A stretch of DNA of 64,000 nt, from IMG/VR virus record IMGVR_UViG_3300036846_000743, positions 62,001 to 126,000 of that record. One strand, given 5' to 3'. How positions within the stretch are numbered: position 1 is the stretch's first letter; every line of letters begins with the position of its first letter. Shown here in pieces: positions 62,801-64,000 of this stretch. The position numbers and the translations under genes were made by a program. Below the pieces are notes generated by a model that saw nothing but the letters and a program-made list of their open reading frames with translations, was not told where the DNA came from and ran no database searches.

Positions 62801-63329
62801 CGTTGGCCTGGCGGCGAGTAAAGACGCCGGGCCGGAGCCTGAGCTGGTGAGCCAGCGTATATTCGGACCCATTCTGGATAAAAGTCCCGTGATCGGTCAG
62901 GTACGGGATCGTAGCCACGGTGGATCGTTTCTGATCGATGACCGCGCCGGTCGCGTTATCACGCAGCGTCCAGGTGCCCCGGAGCCGGGCCCCCAGACTG
63001 CGGCCTCCCAGGATGGCCTTCTTCCAGTCGGCCTTGCCGTACCGCTGCGCGCCTTCATAGCCGACGTCGTCAAGGGTCAGGGTGTGTCGCTGGTTCGAGA
63101 CCGGCGGGATCTTGCCAGCTGCCTCCTTGACGCGATCGAAGATCCGGCTCCGGATCGCGGCCGCATCGCCAAAGGCACGAAGGCCGGCCGGAGCGTGTGC
63201 CGGCAAGGCGGGTGATCGCTCAACACCCTGTTCCTTGTGCGTGCCGTCGTTGATCCTGCCGTCGCCGTCACCGTCTCGCGGGACGCTGGACAGCGATCCC
63301 AGGGCCGACTCTGCCAGAACGCTAGGCAC
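59859..63329 (-). CDS. rpoB: RNA polymerase beta subunit, N-terminal/major part, intein-containing
   Basis: GTFIQNGSEY...LRPGVF, SRLGTGG...ARNVQPSHFGLIDPLVTPE, MAGRMITQA, LGQNARTAYIPFRGLNFEDAIVISE, VGDKM. GTG 63329 with AAGGAGG. Confidence 0.93.
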   Translation of the reverse strand: MPSVLAESALGSLSSVPRDGDGDGRINDGTHKEQGVERSPALPAHAPAGLRAFGDAAAIRSRIFDRVKEAAGKIPPVSNQRHTLTLDDVGYEGAQRYGKADWKKAILGGRSLGARLRGTWTLRDNATGAVIDQKRSTVATIPYLTDHGTFIQNGSEYTLAHQLRLRPGVFTRRQANGELEAHVNVMPGQGAAHRIFMEPETGVFRLKVGQSKMPLTSLLHAMGASDKQLREAWGDLYQPNMLKDDPSVIGKLHSRLVRKPDPTKTQEQEVREAFEAMKLDPEVTRRTLGKPYDKVSLDQMLDTTRKLAAINKQEAEPDDRDHLAYMYAMGPEDLLSERVGKDRMLLGKVLWKASMTGSLKHIPAELLTRNINAAIQSSGLGQPTEGINPAMIFDQQARVSRLGTGGIPSLDAIPAEARNVQPSHFGLIDPLVTPESFHAGVDGRVAQGTFKGADGRLYAPFRNVRTGRLEHRSAQDLTDSVIAFPGELQTVKPYVSALAGGKTRDVPRNQVQYELPNMDDAFSSISNLVPMKSTVKGQREVMAGRMITQALPVKDPQAPLVQAGVRGSQGDSYESRYGRHFGAMHSDAPGIVTRVEDGKITVQGDDGKPREHELYVNYPYNRKTYIHQTPVVKPGDRIAAGSLLARSNYTDEHGVSALGQNARTAYIPFRGLNFEDAIVISEAMAKRFSSEHMYQHSLEHDGEVKPGKSAHIATFPGVFDRKMLDTIDDEGVVRPGTIVNHGDPLILAVKERERTHGSLSRGRQAAWADHSETWNHHAPGEVTDVEKTPKGIVVSVKSLNPMEVGDKMCYDPATWLLTRRGWKPVAEVVTDDELTTLNPETDALEYQQPTHLHRYRHDGLMYYLNTKHINMLVTPEHRLWVARPGKSYQPITAQAFYESKGEWNFKKDCRWIGIEQEWIKFEPYAQYTSREQYYEQVRMDDWLEFLGYYLAEGWCDYNKANGSFKVKIAQFRNSPHWQAIYDSLVRLGIRFTYNSDDQRFEITSKWLYGVLALLGDSYTKYIPDYVQELCPRQLRIFFDAYMAGDGHQGDAWEYGSSSEQLAVDIQIICLKLGWAVTLKRTERTDNWQKQPHWRGRVNRKHLRPWFKHGRIGIYEANEERMVDYSGDVYCVTVPNHIVYCKREDKTYWSLNSGRYG
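59877..60905 (-). mobile_element. Intein with LAGLIDADG homing endonuclease (343 aa) at GDKM|S of beta
   Basis: Block A CYDPATWLLTRRGW; block B LVTPEHRLWV; LAGLIDADG FLGYYLAEG and FFDAYMAGDG; block F/G VYCVTVPNH...WSLN followed by +1 Ser; lower GC. Confidence 0.95.
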
Positions 63330-63339
63330 AGGGCCCTCC

Positions 63340-64000
63340 TTACTTGGGGTGCGGCTGTACCAGTTGCTGTCCAGCGACGCGGCCCAGCGATCCAGCCAGG
63401 CTGGGTAATTGCGGCGGGGACGGCTCTGCCGGCTTCTCGGGCTTCGCCGGCTTGCCATCGGTCGGCGTCATGAGCCGGTTCCAGACGGCCATCTGATTGG
63501 CCTTGATCCGGTTCAGGAATTGGTCGGCCGCCTGGCCGACACTGGCGTGCTTCTCTTTCTTCGCCGGCTCCTCGTCTGGTTCCTTCCTGGCCCCGAACGC
63601 ACGGTGCCAGATCGACGGCTTCGGCCGCATGATCGGTGTCGGCATCGGGATCGCCATGATCGGGCTCGGGGCCTGCTCGGCAATCTGGGCCTGCCGCCGC
63701 TTCACTGCCTCCTCGACGGCCTTGTCCTCGGCCGTTGATCTGGCCCAGTGATAACCACCCAGGCCGGCACCCAGCATGAGGCCGCCGCCCAGCGTCAGGG
63801 CACCACCCATAAGCGGACCGTACCAGCCTTCTGCCTGCTTCTCGTAGAGACTGGCCAGCACATCGAGCGAGCTGGGCTTCGGATCTGCCGAAGCCAGCTT
63901 GCGCCGGCCGGCCAGCGCACTCTCGTAGCCCTTGCGCGCCTCTTCCAGCTCACTCTCCTGCTCGGCCGTCCGGGTCTTGTCGAGCAGATAGTCAGTCAGC
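63340..64000 (-). CDS. Glycine-zipper hypothetical protein, 5'-truncated by window edge
   Basis: The track ORF 63340..63861 stays open upstream to base 64000 (LTDYLLDKTRTAEQ...); MGGALTLGGGLMLGAGLGGY; EKQAE and EKHAS motifs. Confidence 0.7.
   Translation of the reverse strand, partial: LTDYLLDKTRTAEQESELEEARKGYESALAGRRKLASADPKPSSLDVLASLYEKQAEGWYGPLMGGALTLGGGLMLGAGLGGYHWARSTAEDKAVEEAVKRRQAQIAEQAPSPIMAIPMPTPIMRPKPSIWHRAFGARKEPDEEPAKKEKHASVGQAADQFLNRIKANQMAVWNRLMTPTDGKPAKPEKPAEPSPPQLPSLAGSLGRVAGQQLVQPHPK

Noticed and set aside
54389-63329. Host chromosomal rpoBC operon
   Set aside because: No ribosomal protein context, strongly diverged motifs, lost Zn sites, and interleaving with phage head genes.
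5-63751. Many long + strand ORFs in the track (e.g. 263..1168, 14008..16116, 29300..31207, 41855..43276, 60552..61868)
   Set aside because: They are antisense shadows of GC-rich minus-strand genes, with no recognisable motifs or RBS.
1-64000. tRNA/rRNA genes, terminase, portal, integrase
   Set aside because: None recognised in this window; they may lie outside it.

Overview
The whole 64 kb window reads as part of a large, GC-rich, contractile-tailed (myovirus-type) phage genome, with essentially all genes on the minus strand in coupled operons. In transcription order (high to low coordinates) it encodes four blocks. (1) A phage multisubunit RNA polymerase in three pieces: beta N-part with a LAGLIDADG intein; a beta C-terminus/beta' N-terminus fusion carrying the DFDGD active site; and a beta' C-part. 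(2) Low-complexity, glycine-zipper and K-x-A-motif proteins, followed by a prohead protease, scaffold-like proteins and an HK97-fold major capsid protein. (3) A glycosyltransferase-methyltransferase fusion and a fibre/appendage cassette, including a 1971-aa Thr/His repeat protein with a LamG domain. (4) Neck, sheath, tube, hub/spike, chaperones, tape measure and baseplate genes, with a sigma70-family factor embedded among them. The most striking signal is in the beta subunit. Its conserved active-site motif (GDKM-[intein]-SGRYG / DKGVVS) is broken five codons after the intein by GGT-TGA-A-GGC. The rest of the motif lies in the +1 frame with no start codon, which suggests a programmed stop-hop or frameshift (or a sequence error) giving a continuous beta-beta'N polyprotein. 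Product calls rest on motif recognition and gene order only; no database searches were run, and the host is not identifiable from the sequence.
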